From positions 1-22,614 of the forward strand of contig JAYUEN010000038.1 in the NCBI GenBank assembly GCA_043739185.1: 22,614 bases of DNA. Direction: 5' to 3'. Below the pieces are notes generated by a model. It was not told the origin of the DNA. It searched no databases and saw only the letters and a list, made by a program, of their open reading frames with translations. Source of the stretch: Bdellovibrionales bacterium. GTDB lineage: Bacteria > Bdellovibrionota > Bdellovibrionia > Bdellovibrionales > JAMPXM01. The translations under genes were made by a program, and so were the position numbers. Of this stretch, positions 1 through 9,061 are shown piece by piece; the stretch's first letter is position 1; every line of letters begins with the position of its first letter.

Positions 1-360
1 GCTCTTAAGATTATGCAGAAATGTGGCTACCTCACGCACTCCAACTATCTCCAATCCATTGCCACTACGTAGCTGGACCAACAAAAAAAGGATTGGGCCT
101 AGGTACTGTCTAAGCTTAGTACATCTTAGTATGCTTATATTAGACTTGAGCTCCGGCCACCTATAAGTTGCGGTTATTTGCTCCATAGAATATTCATAAG
201 TATATGAATACACGTGTCTTTATGTCTTTCCGTTGAGTTCAATATAAAATCTTGATTTGGCTCATATTCGGCACATGTTTTTTAAATAACATCTGTATTA
301 AAATGAGACATTTTTTAAATTATTCAAGCATCACCTATATTTAGCCCATCTATAGTGCTT

Positions 361-376
361 CGGCATGCTGCTGGCA
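361..376 (+). promoter_or_regulatory. Candidate sigma54 (-24/-12) promoter for the lipoprotein pair
   Basis: cGGcatgctgctgGCa has GG at 362-363 and GC at 374-375, exact N10 spacing, resembling TGGCACG-N4-TTGCA. It lies ~50 nt before ATG 427. TGT-N11-ACA boxes occur upstream at 107-123 and 294-310. Confidence 0.45.
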
Positions 377-426
377 TATCTAGTTAGTAAGTGCTCGGGT
401 GGTTTTAGAAACAGACTGGGGATTTT

Positions 427-1224
427 ATGAAAACGAATATGAAACAAATGCTAAGAGAGAACATTTTAAACTTTGTAGGTCTTGCGGTCGCCGCAGCTCT
501 ACTTACTTCTTGCGCTCAAGGCGGAAACGACACTCCAATTAATAATACCAATCAAATCATTCCAACTACGAATCTTCCTCCGGGAACAATTCCGACACCA
601 CCAGGATCAACTCCAGGCGCCGGAACAAATACCGTTCCCTTGGTTGCAAGTGCAGGTGCTCTCAGTGGAATGTTTTTTAAATCAGGCGGCGTTTCAAATC
701 CAACTAATATTCAATTATCAATGAGTGTCTCGAATTCAGGTGCAGGTTATGCCGGAACTACAACCATTTCATTCTCAGATAATCGCGGTTCGCATTCGGC
801 AGCTCTTTCAACAACTCATCCATCTTATACTAGTACCAGCAATGCTGAGTACAATGTTTGGTTGAACTCAACTCAGTGGCATGGCTTTTTTCAAGATCTT
901 TATGGCGCTATAGTAGTCGTTATCGATCACACAACGGCAACAGGTGATGGTTCGATCGGAAAACTTGGTGGCAAAGTTTATTATCAAAATTTCGGACAAA
1001 CTGGAGTGCAAGGCCCGCTTCGTATGTGCTGGCAAATCAATCCAGTAGGTGGAGCAAATACGGCTCCCTATGACTGCCGCACTTTCTTAACTTCTTTTGC
1101 TGATGGATCAATGCCCGATACAATGTCGAGCCTTTATCCAAATAATGCAGGCCAGGGTCGTCCGGCTTATGCCGTACTCGGAACTTTCGAAGGGCTCAGC
1201 CAAGCAGCAGCGATGGGAAATTGA
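427..1224 (+). CDS. Predicted lipoprotein of unknown function with Pro/Thr-rich linker
   Basis: Hydrophobic signal ending in lipobox LTS-C29; linker PTTNLPPGTIPTPPGSTPG; globular C-terminal part with a Cys pair (MCW..YDCR); GGGGA at 418-422 before the ATG. Confidence 0.85.
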   Translation: MKTNMKQMLRENILNFVGLAVAAALLTSCAQGGNDTPINNTNQIIPTTNLPPGTIPTPPGSTPGAGTNTVPLVASAGALSGMFFKSGGVSNPTNIQLSMSVSNSGAGYAGTTTISFSDNRGSHSAALSTTHPSYTSTSNAEYNVWLNSTQWHGFFQDLYGAIVVVIDHTTATGDGSIGKLGGKVYYQNFGQTGVQGPLRMCWQINPVGGANTAPYDCRTFLTSFADGSMPDTMSSLYPNNAGQGRPAYAVLGTFEGLSQAAAMGN

Positions 1225-1266
1225 TTTTAAAATTATATAAGTAAATTATTTAACCGGAGATTTTAT

Positions 1267-1917
1267 ATGACAACTTCAAACGAAAAAAAACAAGGATGGC
1301 TCAAGAGTTTCAGCTTAGTTTTCACTTTAGCAGTCGTAAGTCAAATTTTGATAGCTTGCCCTGGAGGTAATGGTGGAAGTTCAGCTCCTACTCCGGTACC
1401 AATTCCAATTGGAGTCGGCATCGGCACCTTTAATGCCGCCAACTGCGGAGGCACTTCGGGCACAAATAACTTTATTGCTTGTGCCATCGGAAAATATCCA
1501 GGCTTTGAAGTCATGGTGCAAATCAATTCGGCTTCGGGAGTTGGAGTTGGCGGACTCGGAGGCACAGGAACTTACGTAGGTCCCGTCGTCGTGACCGGAG
1601 TCATCAACGTATTGCAAGGCTATGGTTGTTCAGGACAAACTTCATATAGTTTCACAAGCAATGCGGGCGCAATGAATTATAATTACTATGGAGCAAATGA
1701 CTTAGTAGGCACTGTCAATGCGACAGGTACCAGTAGTTTGACTGTTAGCTTTGGCAATATTCTCAATGCAACCGGAGCCAATGTTACATCCTCAACCGGT
1801 CAAAGTTTTGCCTATCACTTAATGGGCAATATTCAGGTGATTAGTGCCGGCGGAATCGGCGTCGGAGTAGGCAGTGGCGCGTGTTACCTCCCAACGGGCA
1901 ACTACTTCCTGAATTAA
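1267..1917 (+). CDS. Predicted Gly-rich lipoprotein of unknown function
   Basis: GGAG RBS at 1256-1259; signal ending in lipobox LIA-C31; PTPVPIP linker; GVGIG/GVGVGG/GIGVGVG motifs; four further Cys. Confidence 0.85.
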   Translation: MTTSNEKKQGWLKSFSLVFTLAVVSQILIACPGGNGGSSAPTPVPIPIGVGIGTFNAANCGGTSGTNNFIACAIGKYPGFEVMVQINSASGVGVGGLGGTGTYVGPVVVTGVINVLQGYGCSGQTSYSFTSNAGAMNYNYYGANDLVGTVNATGTSSLTVSFGNILNATGANVTSSTGQSFAYHLMGNIQVISAGGIGVGVGSGACYLPTGNYFLN

Positions 1918-1980
1918 AACCGCCAAAAGGTACCTGCTACATTTTGGTAACAATGCGCATAATTTTAAATTGAAAGTTTT

Positions 1981-2010
1981 GAAGGTCCGCCGAAAGCGGA
2001 CTTTTCTTTT
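1981..2010 (+). terminator. Rho-independent terminator of the lipoprotein pair
   Basis: Stem aggtccgc (1983-1990) / gcggactt (1996-2003), loop cgaaa, followed by ttctttt. Confidence 0.75.
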
Positions 2011-2083
2011 GGTCATATTAAGTCATTGCCTGGCAGACATTAAAACAACTTGCGTTTCATAATATTTTTAGCGCTAATGGGCT

Positions 2084-2953
2084 ATGGCACTTGAGTTAAT
2101 GATTCCATTTTTTGAAGATCTTGAACTAGTTCGCGGCAGGTCGCGAAATACCATCTTGGCGTATCGTCGAGACCTTGATCTCTTTGAGAAGTTTTATTCT
2201 AAATCTAAAGAGCTTTCAGGTTTTTATAATTTTATGAAGGCTCAAGGCCTATCAGTGAGGTCCCAGGCTCGGGTGATTTCAAGTGTGCGAACCTACTTTA
2301 AGTTCTGTCAGCTGAATGGAGCGCAAGTACCCTTACTTAAGGAGCTGCGCGCACCTAGGGTGAAGGTCGCATTGCCGAGGCCGCTTTCTTTAAGCGAATT
2401 TGAGAGGCTTTTTAAGGCTTGTCAAAATGATGATGAGGCTAGGACTTCACGCAATCAGATCACACTTTTATTATTGTATGGACTTGGCTGTCGCGTGACT
2501 GAGCTGATTGGACTATCGCTTCAAAATTATCATGAAATTGAAAATTGGCTAGTGGTTCTCGGCAAGGGAAACAAAGAGCGTATCATTCCCGTAACAGAAG
2601 TCTTAAGTCTTGAGCTTAAAAAATATTTGAAAGAAACCAGACCTCAATTGTTAAAAGAATCAACTCCATCAATTTTGATAAATGATCGGGGTCATAGGCC
2701 CTCACGCGTTGATATTTGGCGTTGGTTGGCGGCGTGGTCAGCAAAAGCTGGTTTTGATGAGCCGGTGAGTCCACATCGCTTTCGCCACGGCTGTGCGACA
2801 GCATTGCTTGAATCAGGTGCAGATTTACGTTCGATTCAGCTATTGCTGGGGCATGCGAGCATTCAAACGACGCAAGTTTATACCAGTGTTACCAGCAAGA
2901 ATCTCACCGATACGATTGAAAAACACCATCCACTGTCTCAGTTAGATGAGTGA
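2084..2953 (+). CDS. xerD: Tyrosine recombinase, XerC/XerD family (XerD-like)
   Basis: Catalytic set present: GCRVTE (R), GKGNKER (K), SPHRFRH (HxxR), LLGHASIQTTQVY (H, Y). N-terminal SRNTILAYRRDL is typical of the Xer core-binding domain. 289 aa. Confidence 0.85.
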   Translation: MALELMIPFFEDLELVRGRSRNTILAYRRDLDLFEKFYSKSKELSGFYNFMKAQGLSVRSQARVISSVRTYFKFCQLNGAQVPLLKELRAPRVKVALPRPLSLSEFERLFKACQNDDEARTSRNQITLLLLYGLGCRVTELIGLSLQNYHEIENWLVVLGKGNKERIIPVTEVLSLELKKYLKETRPQLLKESTPSILINDRGHRPSRVDIWRWLAAWSAKAGFDEPVSPHRFRHGCATALLESGADLRSIQLLLGHASIQTTQVYTSVTSKNLTDTIEKHHPLSQLDE

Positions 2954-2958
2954 GTTTG

Positions 2959-2980
2959 TCACCGCCACCGGCGGCGGTGA
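2959..2980. repeat. GC-rich inverted repeat immediately after the xerD stop
   Basis: tcaccgcc (2959-2966) / ggcggtga (2973-2980), 6-nt loop, no clear U tract; possibly a weak terminator or a stabilising hairpin. Confidence 0.5.
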
Positions 2981-3074
2981 AATACTTTAAGCATCCGAAA
3001 TTAGAATCTCAAATTCTTCAATTTAATTAAAAGATCTTTTGAAAGCTTCCTGCGTTTTGCAGATGAGATGATAT

Positions 3075-4541
3075 ATGAAAATATTTTCGCTTACGCAAAA
3101 CGCCTTTGATCTCGAAGTTTTTGAAATTGAAGTAAGTCTCATGCCGGGCTTGCCTCAGATATCGATTTTGGGCCAGGCGGATATTTTAGTAAAAGAGAGT
3201 ATTCCAAAAATTAGGTCGGCAATAAAAGCTCAAGGTTTTCAGCTGCCCAGGGCCCAGCAGATATTGGTGGATCTCAAACCCCAGCATTTTAAGAAAAACA
3301 ATCAAGGTCTTGAGCTCGCAATTGCCACCGCTATTTTGCAAGAAACCGGGCAGATAAAACTAGTTCGAACTTCAAAAGATCGGTGGTTGATTCTCGGTCA
3401 TATTGGTCTCAAGGGAGACGTGCTGCGATTTTCTGATGACTTGTCTGAATTTCAAGATCTTTCAAAATATGAAATCTTAACTGGTCCCAATTCAAATTTG
3501 AAGTGCGATCACTTTGAAGTCGCAAATCTAAAAGACTTAAAAACGCCAAAAAAAATTGCGAGCTCGCAAGTTGAAAACTTAAATCACAATAATAGAAAAC
3601 TCCCAAGCTTAATGTTTTCAAAATCAGCGGCCAGACTCATTCAAATACTGGCCGTAGGTGAACACCCCTGTTTGCTGGCAGGAGCTGTTGGTAGTGGCAA
3701 GAGCACCGTGATCGCAACTGCGGCCAAAATGTTAAAAGCCCCAGATGAGGCAGAACAAGGAGAGATCAATAAAATTCAAAAGTACTTTGGAAAGCAAACC
3801 CAGCTCAATTTGAACTTACGCCCAGAAGTGAATGTCCATCACAGTATCTCAACAATTGCGTTTCTTGGAGGCGGATCTAGGCTTCATCCCGGTGAGATAA
3901 CAAGGGCTCACAAAGGCACGCTGATTATGGATGAATTTATGGAGTTTCATAGTGAAATTCAAGATGCACTCAGAGAACCGCTTGAAAATGCAAAGCTCAC
4001 AATTGCCCGCAACGGAAATTTCTTAGAATTTCCGGCGGATGTATTTTTACTTGCAAGCACTAATCTTTGTAAATGCGGTGATTTCTCTATGAATTCGCAA
4101 AAAGCATGTCGGTGTACTCAAGCAAAATTGAAATCTTACCTAACTAAATTAAATGGACCTTGCCTGGATCGCTTTCATATTCTGGCTTTTTCCTCATGTT
4201 GGGAAAATCAAGGAAAAGAAATTAAAATTGATTCGATTTATAAGGAAGTCGAGAAATGCATTCACTTTCGCATTGAAAATCGCAAGCAGGAAATTCCGAA
4301 CTCAAAGCTTTCAATAGAAAATTTAAATCACAAAATGGATAGCAGTATGATTGATGATTATTTCAAAATTGATTATCTCTCGGAGCGAAGAAAGTTGTCA
4401 CTTAAAAGGGTGGCAAGATCAATCGCAGATTTAGATCAATCTGAGCGCATTCGCTTACAACATATGAACGAGGCGTTGAGCTTAACTGTGGCACCTTTTC
4501 AATGGCTTGAAAAGGCGCAACGTGCTTGTGCTGCGATTTAA
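3075..4541 (+). CDS. comM: ComM/YifB family Mg-chelatase-like AAA+ ATPase (divergent)
   Basis: GLPQISILG..KES..KIRSAI N-terminal domain; Walker A GAVGSGKS; HHSIS; PGEITRAHKGTLIMDEF; ALREPLE; FPA..LLASTNLCKCG; GPCLDRF; RVARSIADL. Confidence 0.85.
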   Translation: MKIFSLTQNAFDLEVFEIEVSLMPGLPQISILGQADILVKESIPKIRSAIKAQGFQLPRAQQILVDLKPQHFKKNNQGLELAIATAILQETGQIKLVRTSKDRWLILGHIGLKGDVLRFSDDLSEFQDLSKYEILTGPNSNLKCDHFEVANLKDLKTPKKIASSQVENLNHNNRKLPSLMFSKSAARLIQILAVGEHPCLLAGAVGSGKSTVIATAAKMLKAPDEAEQGEINKIQKYFGKQTQLNLNLRPEVNVHHSISTIAFLGGGSRLHPGEITRAHKGTLIMDEFMEFHSEIQDALREPLENAKLTIARNGNFLEFPADVFLLASTNLCKCGDFSMNSQKACRCTQAKLKSYLTKLNGPCLDRFHILAFSSCWENQGKEIKIDSIYKEVEKCIHFRIENRKQEIPNSKLSIENLNHKMDSSMIDDYFKIDYLSERRKLSLKRVARSIADLDQSERIRLQHMNEALSLTVAPFQWLEKAQRACAAI

Positions 4542-4546
4542 TCTCT

Positions 4547-5749
4547 TCACTCAGTCAATTTAGTGGGATCAACTGTAATTTCGAGAATGGCATCGGAGTC
4601 CTCATGGGTTTGTTTTCTCATGAGTTTTATTTGTTTGGCACTTGGTTCTTTGTCAAAGGAATCACGGTAAGATTTCATTGCCGCATCAAAAGCTTTGTTT
4701 TCGAGTTTCTTTCGATCTACTTCCGAGCGTGTCGTAGAAAGTTGATGTCTCAGTTCATCTTGCAAAAAATAAATTAAGGCAATCATCCCGACAATACCAA
4801 TGATACGCAAAACCATTCGAACTTGGTCTTCTCGTTTAACCGCGCCGACGAGATTGGGTCGAACGCTGGTAAAATCTCCATTGAGCAATTTAATTTTCTC
4901 TTCGCGAGATAGCTTTTGAATTTCACCTTGAAGCAAAAGTAATTCCTTTGGTCCAGAAAACATGGTGCCAAATGTCGCGATTTGACCAGTTACCAATGCA
5001 GAAAACAAAGCATAGGATGAAATATTGGGATGGTTTTCATAAAATTTCTTTGCTCGGACACGAAGGCCCTCGGCGTTTGAAAAACCCATTTTCATTAATG
5101 CGTCTTCAAAGGATTCAGTTACGAGAGCAGCTTTTGCTCTAGCTGAAATCAGATAAATAGCTCGATCCGAAAGGTTTGAATTTAAAGCTTTAGAAATATT
5201 TTCAGGAGAAGAGTGAGAGAGTATTACGAGTCTTGAAACCTTTGTGTAAAGTGCTACCGGGCTTTCTGCTGGATTAAACTTTAAGAGCTTGACCATTTGT
5301 TTTGCTTCTCTTGTATCAGCTCGCAACAACCATCTTTTAATACTCGTGATGCCTTTTGTGTCTGGATTAAATTGTGTGGCGGCCTCTAATAAAGCTAGAG
5401 ATTCTTCAAGATTTTCGGGGCCGATTCTTTCTCCGAGGGATTCGGGATGCCCGGACTTCAATTTTGAGAGGAAAAAGTCAGTGCGGCTATTAAATAAATC
5501 AAGATCAAAGCGTAAAAGCTCAGGCTCTCTTTTGAAGATATGCTCTTTAATCCATTTGATAGGGCCCGTTGATTTTCTAAAAAACAAACTTGAATTTGTT
5601 TCAAGAATTTGATTGAGGCGCTCGTTTGATACGGAGTCTTCAATTTGACCATTGTTAATAGACGTAAAAAGCTCTGTGCACATGGGCCCTACTGCAAGGG
5701 CCTGAGTCTCAAGAGCTAAGACGAGAAGAGCACAAATTATATTTTTCAT
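4547..5749 (-). CDS. Orphan secreted/membrane protein (signal peptide plus two C-terminal hydrophobic helices)
   Basis: 400-aa ORF; GAGGA RBS; signal MKNIICALLVLALETQALA followed by VGPMCTELF; hydrophobic segments YALFSALVTGQIATFGTMF and MVLRIIGIVGMIALIYFL. Confidence 0.8.
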   Translation of the reverse strand: MKNIICALLVLALETQALAVGPMCTELFTSINNGQIEDSVSNERLNQILETNSSLFFRKSTGPIKWIKEHIFKREPELLRFDLDLFNSRTDFFLSKLKSGHPESLGERIGPENLEESLALLEAATQFNPDTKGITSIKRWLLRADTREAKQMVKLLKFNPAESPVALYTKVSRLVILSHSSPENISKALNSNLSDRAIYLISARAKAALVTESFEDALMKMGFSNAEGLRVRAKKFYENHPNISSYALFSALVTGQIATFGTMFSGPKELLLLQGEIQKLSREEKIKLLNGDFTSVRPNLVGAVKREDQVRMVLRIIGIVGMIALIYFLQDELRHQLSTTRSEVDRKKLENKAFDAAMKSYRDSFDKEPSAKQIKLMRKQTHEDSDAILEITVDPTKLTE

Positions 5750-5771
5750 CTCTTCCTCGTCATACTAAGTC

Positions 5772-8630
5772 CTAACGTTGATAAGGCACCGATGATGCGG
5801 TAAATGGGAAGTTTCCACTTCCAAGGCCGCCACCTCCCGGTGTGAAAATGCCGCCGCCAGAAGGAAAGTTTGAAACGCCGTTGGTACCATTGGTTATTGG
5901 TTTCGGAATTGGGTGAAGAGCTTGGGGCTCATCTGGTCGCCACTCATCCATTATAGTGAGATCATAGGGATTAGCTGATTTTAGGCTTTCGGGACGCTTA
6001 GCCAAGGATTTTTTACCTTCTAGACGAAAACCGGTTTGACTAAATGGATCTGCAACAAAATAACTATCGGCGAGTTTAGATTCATAGTAGTTAAAATAAT
6101 TGATAAATGCGTCGCCATCAATTGCGAGAATTTTTTGAACATTTTGCGTATATGCGCTCACATTGTCTCGTGGCGGACCATTTAGATATAGAACTTGCTC
6201 AATGAGTTCTCCCATCCTCAAGCGCGTAAAGGCATCGGCCGATCTCAAACTTGAAATATCAGCATCAGAGAAACTGGCAAAGCTGACCATATCTTTTACG
6301 AGATCATTATAGACATCTGCATTCATTCTGCCTCGGCAATCGTGAACCAATAAGATGTCTTTAGCCTGTTGGGGGGAAAGTTCACCTTCACTGATTGCTT
6401 GGGCAACATTTTCCATGACCTTATTGGTAAATAAACCTTCAATGTCCTTCATATTTTGATATAAAAATTCTTTTTTGTACGAATACTCATCCGGACTATC
6501 GTCAAATTCATTTAGTTTGGCTAAAGAGGGTTTTGAATTCAGTAACTCTTTAATTGCCGGAACCTTTTGATTTGCAGAGTTTATGTCTTGAACCGAACAA
6601 ACATGTAAGCTTCGCGCAAAATTCATTATGAATTGCGCCGGATGGCCACCGAAACCGGTGGCATTTATTTTATCCTCAAGAGGCGGTTGAATAATCGGTG
6701 ATGAAAGTGCTGCGAAAGGAAAAAACGGAGCATTCGGATCGGCCTTTCCCGGAGTCGTAGGAGTAAGTACAGGAGTTGGAGGAAATACTGGATTTATAGG
6801 AGTAGTTGGCGGCGTTGGGATTGTTGGTACAGGTTTCAAAACTAATTTAGATGGATTTTGAGATAAAACGAGGAGTTTCAAAAAGGCCTTGTTTTTTCCA
6901 CCCATCATATAAGCTCTAAACTTTTCATTTTGCATTCTGCGATGTTCGATATAGTAATTTCTAAAAAATCCGTTGGCAATTACACCAACGAGAATTGCAA
7001 ATTCTCGATAAGCAAATGCTCGCCCGAAACCTTTTACAGTCATCGCTGCAATTTGACGTGCAAAACCGCCCTTTGGTTTGGGATTTGTTGGATTAGGTAC
7101 AGGAGGAACGGGACCGGGCAGGGGACCTGGGCCAGGAACTGGAAATGGTGACGGAATAATATCACCGAGTGCGTTCTTAGTAAACCGTACAAGAGGAGAG
7201 GTTTTAACAATCGGATCAACTGCAATTGGATCTGCAGTCGTCTTTCCTTCTGCCTCATCACGAAGTCTTTTTAATTTAGCAATTTCTTCTTTTTCTTCAG
7301 CAACGACAGTCGATTTTGCTCGTTTAAAATAATTTATACCAGCTTCCATTTTCGCTGCTAATTTGGGATGTTTTGCGAGAATCTTTTCGACTAAATTATA
7401 AAAAGAAGTTTTGGTCATATGAGCACGAGCAAGGGTTTTGCCACCAAATTTTGCGAGACTTAGCTCAGAGGCAGGTTGGCCGCCCATCGACGGGTCTAAG
7501 CCTTGTCCCTTTGTCGCCATAGCCATAGGAAGTGCAGCACCTGTGGCGGCTACGAGAAACAAAAAGATGGCCATTTGTTCGTCTTGAGCTAATGGGTAAT
7601 TGTAAAGCGCTGCCATGCGACCAATCATCGAATAGAGCACAAAGTACAAGACTCCATTTGCGCCCCAATCAGGAATAACCTGGCCCCAATAAGTTTGAGA
7701 TGACATACTTCTAATAGTGGGAAATGCTTTTAAAAAAGATCCGGAAAATGCGGCAAGTTCGGTCATCAAGAGTCTTTCGTGAATTACTCTTTGTGCCAAT
7801 CCATCTAATGGGAAGCCGTAAAATTCATTTTTCAACATTGCCATTGGCGTTGCGTAATCGGTACCTCCGGCATTGAAAACAGCATAAATTGAGCAAAGCA
7901 TTGAGCCCTGTGGGCAAACACTTTGCCAGCCGTTTGGATTAACTCCGGCAGGTAAATAGGCTGGTGGATTCGCACCGATAAAGCTATTGGTTTGAAGTCT
8001 TTCTTCAGCAGTCTGCCAAAGTAGTGTTCTCAATTCAGGATTTGAATTCATGAGGTCCATCAGTCTTCGGATTTGTTCGTCACTTGACACAGCTCCAAGT
8101 GGATTGACTGGATTTAGATTCGTTGGAGTAGGCAATCCGACCGCGCCCGGAAAATCCATTGGGAATGTCGAATTTGGAATGGCCGCTTGCTGCTTGGCTT
8201 GATTGATCGCATTTTCAATATTTGAAGTCGTTATAGAGGCGTCTAGCCAAGTATTGTGACTGTGATTTCCGGCATCACTTAATCTGCGAGTTAAAGTTGG
8301 ATTTAGTAGCCCCGCCAAAGCCGTTGCACTAGCGCCATTTAGTAAGAATTTTTCAGCATTTTTCTTATCGGCAGCATCTAAATATGCCATTGCCACATCG
8401 AAGCTCTCTCTTGAAGTTTTGGCGGTCCCTGTGATTGCCATTTCTAAGGCTCTGCGGATAGGATCATCAGGTCTTACTTGGGGCTGTTCGACAGCAGGAG
8501 CATTTTGCACTTGAGCAGAATTGGTGTTGGGGTCGCCGTAGGCCAAAAGTGGAGAAAGGACTAAAGATATGGACAAGCTTGCTGATATCGAACTCTTACC
8601 AGCAGTTTTGAGCAATGGATAAAGCTTCAT
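5772..8630 (-). CDS. Large orphan secreted protein (~952 aa) with Pro-rich linkers and a central hydrophobic, possibly EcsC-like, segment
   Basis: Long ORF. ATG 8630 is preferred over 8660 because GGAG lies 7 nt upstream. Signal-like SISASLSISLVLSPLLAYG; Pro-rich tracts (PSPFPVPGPGPLPGPVPPVPNP; PVPTIPTPPTTPINPVFPPTP); Gly-rich tail. It ends 22 nt before the next gene, suggesting an operon. Confidence 0.8.
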   Translation of the reverse strand: MKLYPLLKTAGKSSISASLSISLVLSPLLAYGDPNTNSAQVQNAPAVEQPQVRPDDPIRRALEMAITGTAKTSRESFDVAMAYLDAADKKNAEKFLLNGASATALAGLLNPTLTRRLSDAGNHSHNTWLDASITTSNIENAINQAKQQAAIPNSTFPMDFPGAVGLPTPTNLNPVNPLGAVSSDEQIRRLMDLMNSNPELRTLLWQTAEERLQTNSFIGANPPAYLPAGVNPNGWQSVCPQGSMLCSIYAVFNAGGTDYATPMAMLKNEFYGFPLDGLAQRVIHERLLMTELAAFSGSFLKAFPTIRSMSSQTYWGQVIPDWGANGVLYFVLYSMIGRMAALYNYPLAQDEQMAIFLFLVAATGAALPMAMATKGQGLDPSMGGQPASELSLAKFGGKTLARAHMTKTSFYNLVEKILAKHPKLAAKMEAGINYFKRAKSTVVAEEKEEIAKLKRLRDEAEGKTTADPIAVDPIVKTSPLVRFTKNALGDIIPSPFPVPGPGPLPGPVPPVPNPTNPKPKGGFARQIAAMTVKGFGRAFAYREFAILVGVIANGFFRNYYIEHRRMQNEKFRAYMMGGKNKAFLKLLVLSQNPSKLVLKPVPTIPTPPTTPINPVFPPTPVLTPTTPGKADPNAPFFPFAALSSPIIQPPLEDKINATGFGGHPAQFIMNFARSLHVCSVQDINSANQKVPAIKELLNSKPSLAKLNEFDDSPDEYSYKKEFLYQNMKDIEGLFTNKVMENVAQAISEGELSPQQAKDILLVHDCRGRMNADVYNDLVKDMVSFASFSDADISSLRSADAFTRLRMGELIEQVLYLNGPPRDNVSAYTQNVQKILAIDGDAFINYFNYYESKLADSYFVADPFSQTGFRLEGKKSLAKRPESLKSANPYDLTIMDEWRPDEPQALHPIPKPITNGTNGVSNFPSGGGIFTPGGGGLGSGNFPFTASSVPYQR

Positions 8631-8887
8631 ACGATAATCTCCACAGATTTTAAGATTCACTTAATAGGGAGTTACAATTCAAAACTTGATCCATTTAATG
8701 ATTCTGGCGTGGAGCTTTCTTTTTGCTCTAAATAAGTGCAAAAACACGTGTTTTTCTGATGACTTAGGTTTTGTAGGGAAACTTTTAAGCTAAGCGCTTT
8801 TGATTGCGTTTCGCGGGCAGCTTTGTTAATTTGATTTACATATTGACTAAATTTGGCAAATTGACCAAAGATCAATTCTTCAAAAAT

Positions 8888-8961
8888 GGTGGCATGCGAG
8901 AACGGTCATCGGCCAGCCTGCAAAGCTGTGAAAGTCAGTTCGACTCTGACTGCCACCTCCA
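8888..8961 (+). tRNA. tRNA-Cys (GCA)
   Basis: Acceptor GGTGGCA/TGCCACC, U73 discriminator, encoded CCA; D stem CGA/TCG; anticodon arm CAGC-CTGCAAA-GCTG; T arm GTCAG-TTCGACT-CTGAC; 74 nt. Confidence 0.95.
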
Positions 8962-9061
8962 TTTTTCGGATTCAAAATAAACTTCTTTCTTCTTTATAGT
9001 TATAAAATGTTGAAGACTTCAGGCTTCGGCAGCCGGCATTCGGATAGCCGCAACAGATTCT

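Noticed and set aside
1..100. Partial CDS at the window start
   Set aside because: Ambiguous: a + frame ends at TAG 70-72 and a - frame could start at GTG 39 (MREVATFLHNLKS). Too short to decide.
1952..1979. dif-like site upstream of xerD (AATGCGCATAA matches 9 of 11 of the E. coli XerC arm)
   Set aside because: The position of the XerD arm (attgaaagttt) does not resemble TTATGTTAAAT, which is normally the better-conserved half.
2084..8961. Integrative island bounded by the tyrosine recombinase and tRNA-Cys
   Set aside because: The recombinase looks like a housekeeping Xer protein and I saw no duplication of the tRNA 3' end. The short gccacctcc match near 5829 lies in Gly codons and is likely chance.
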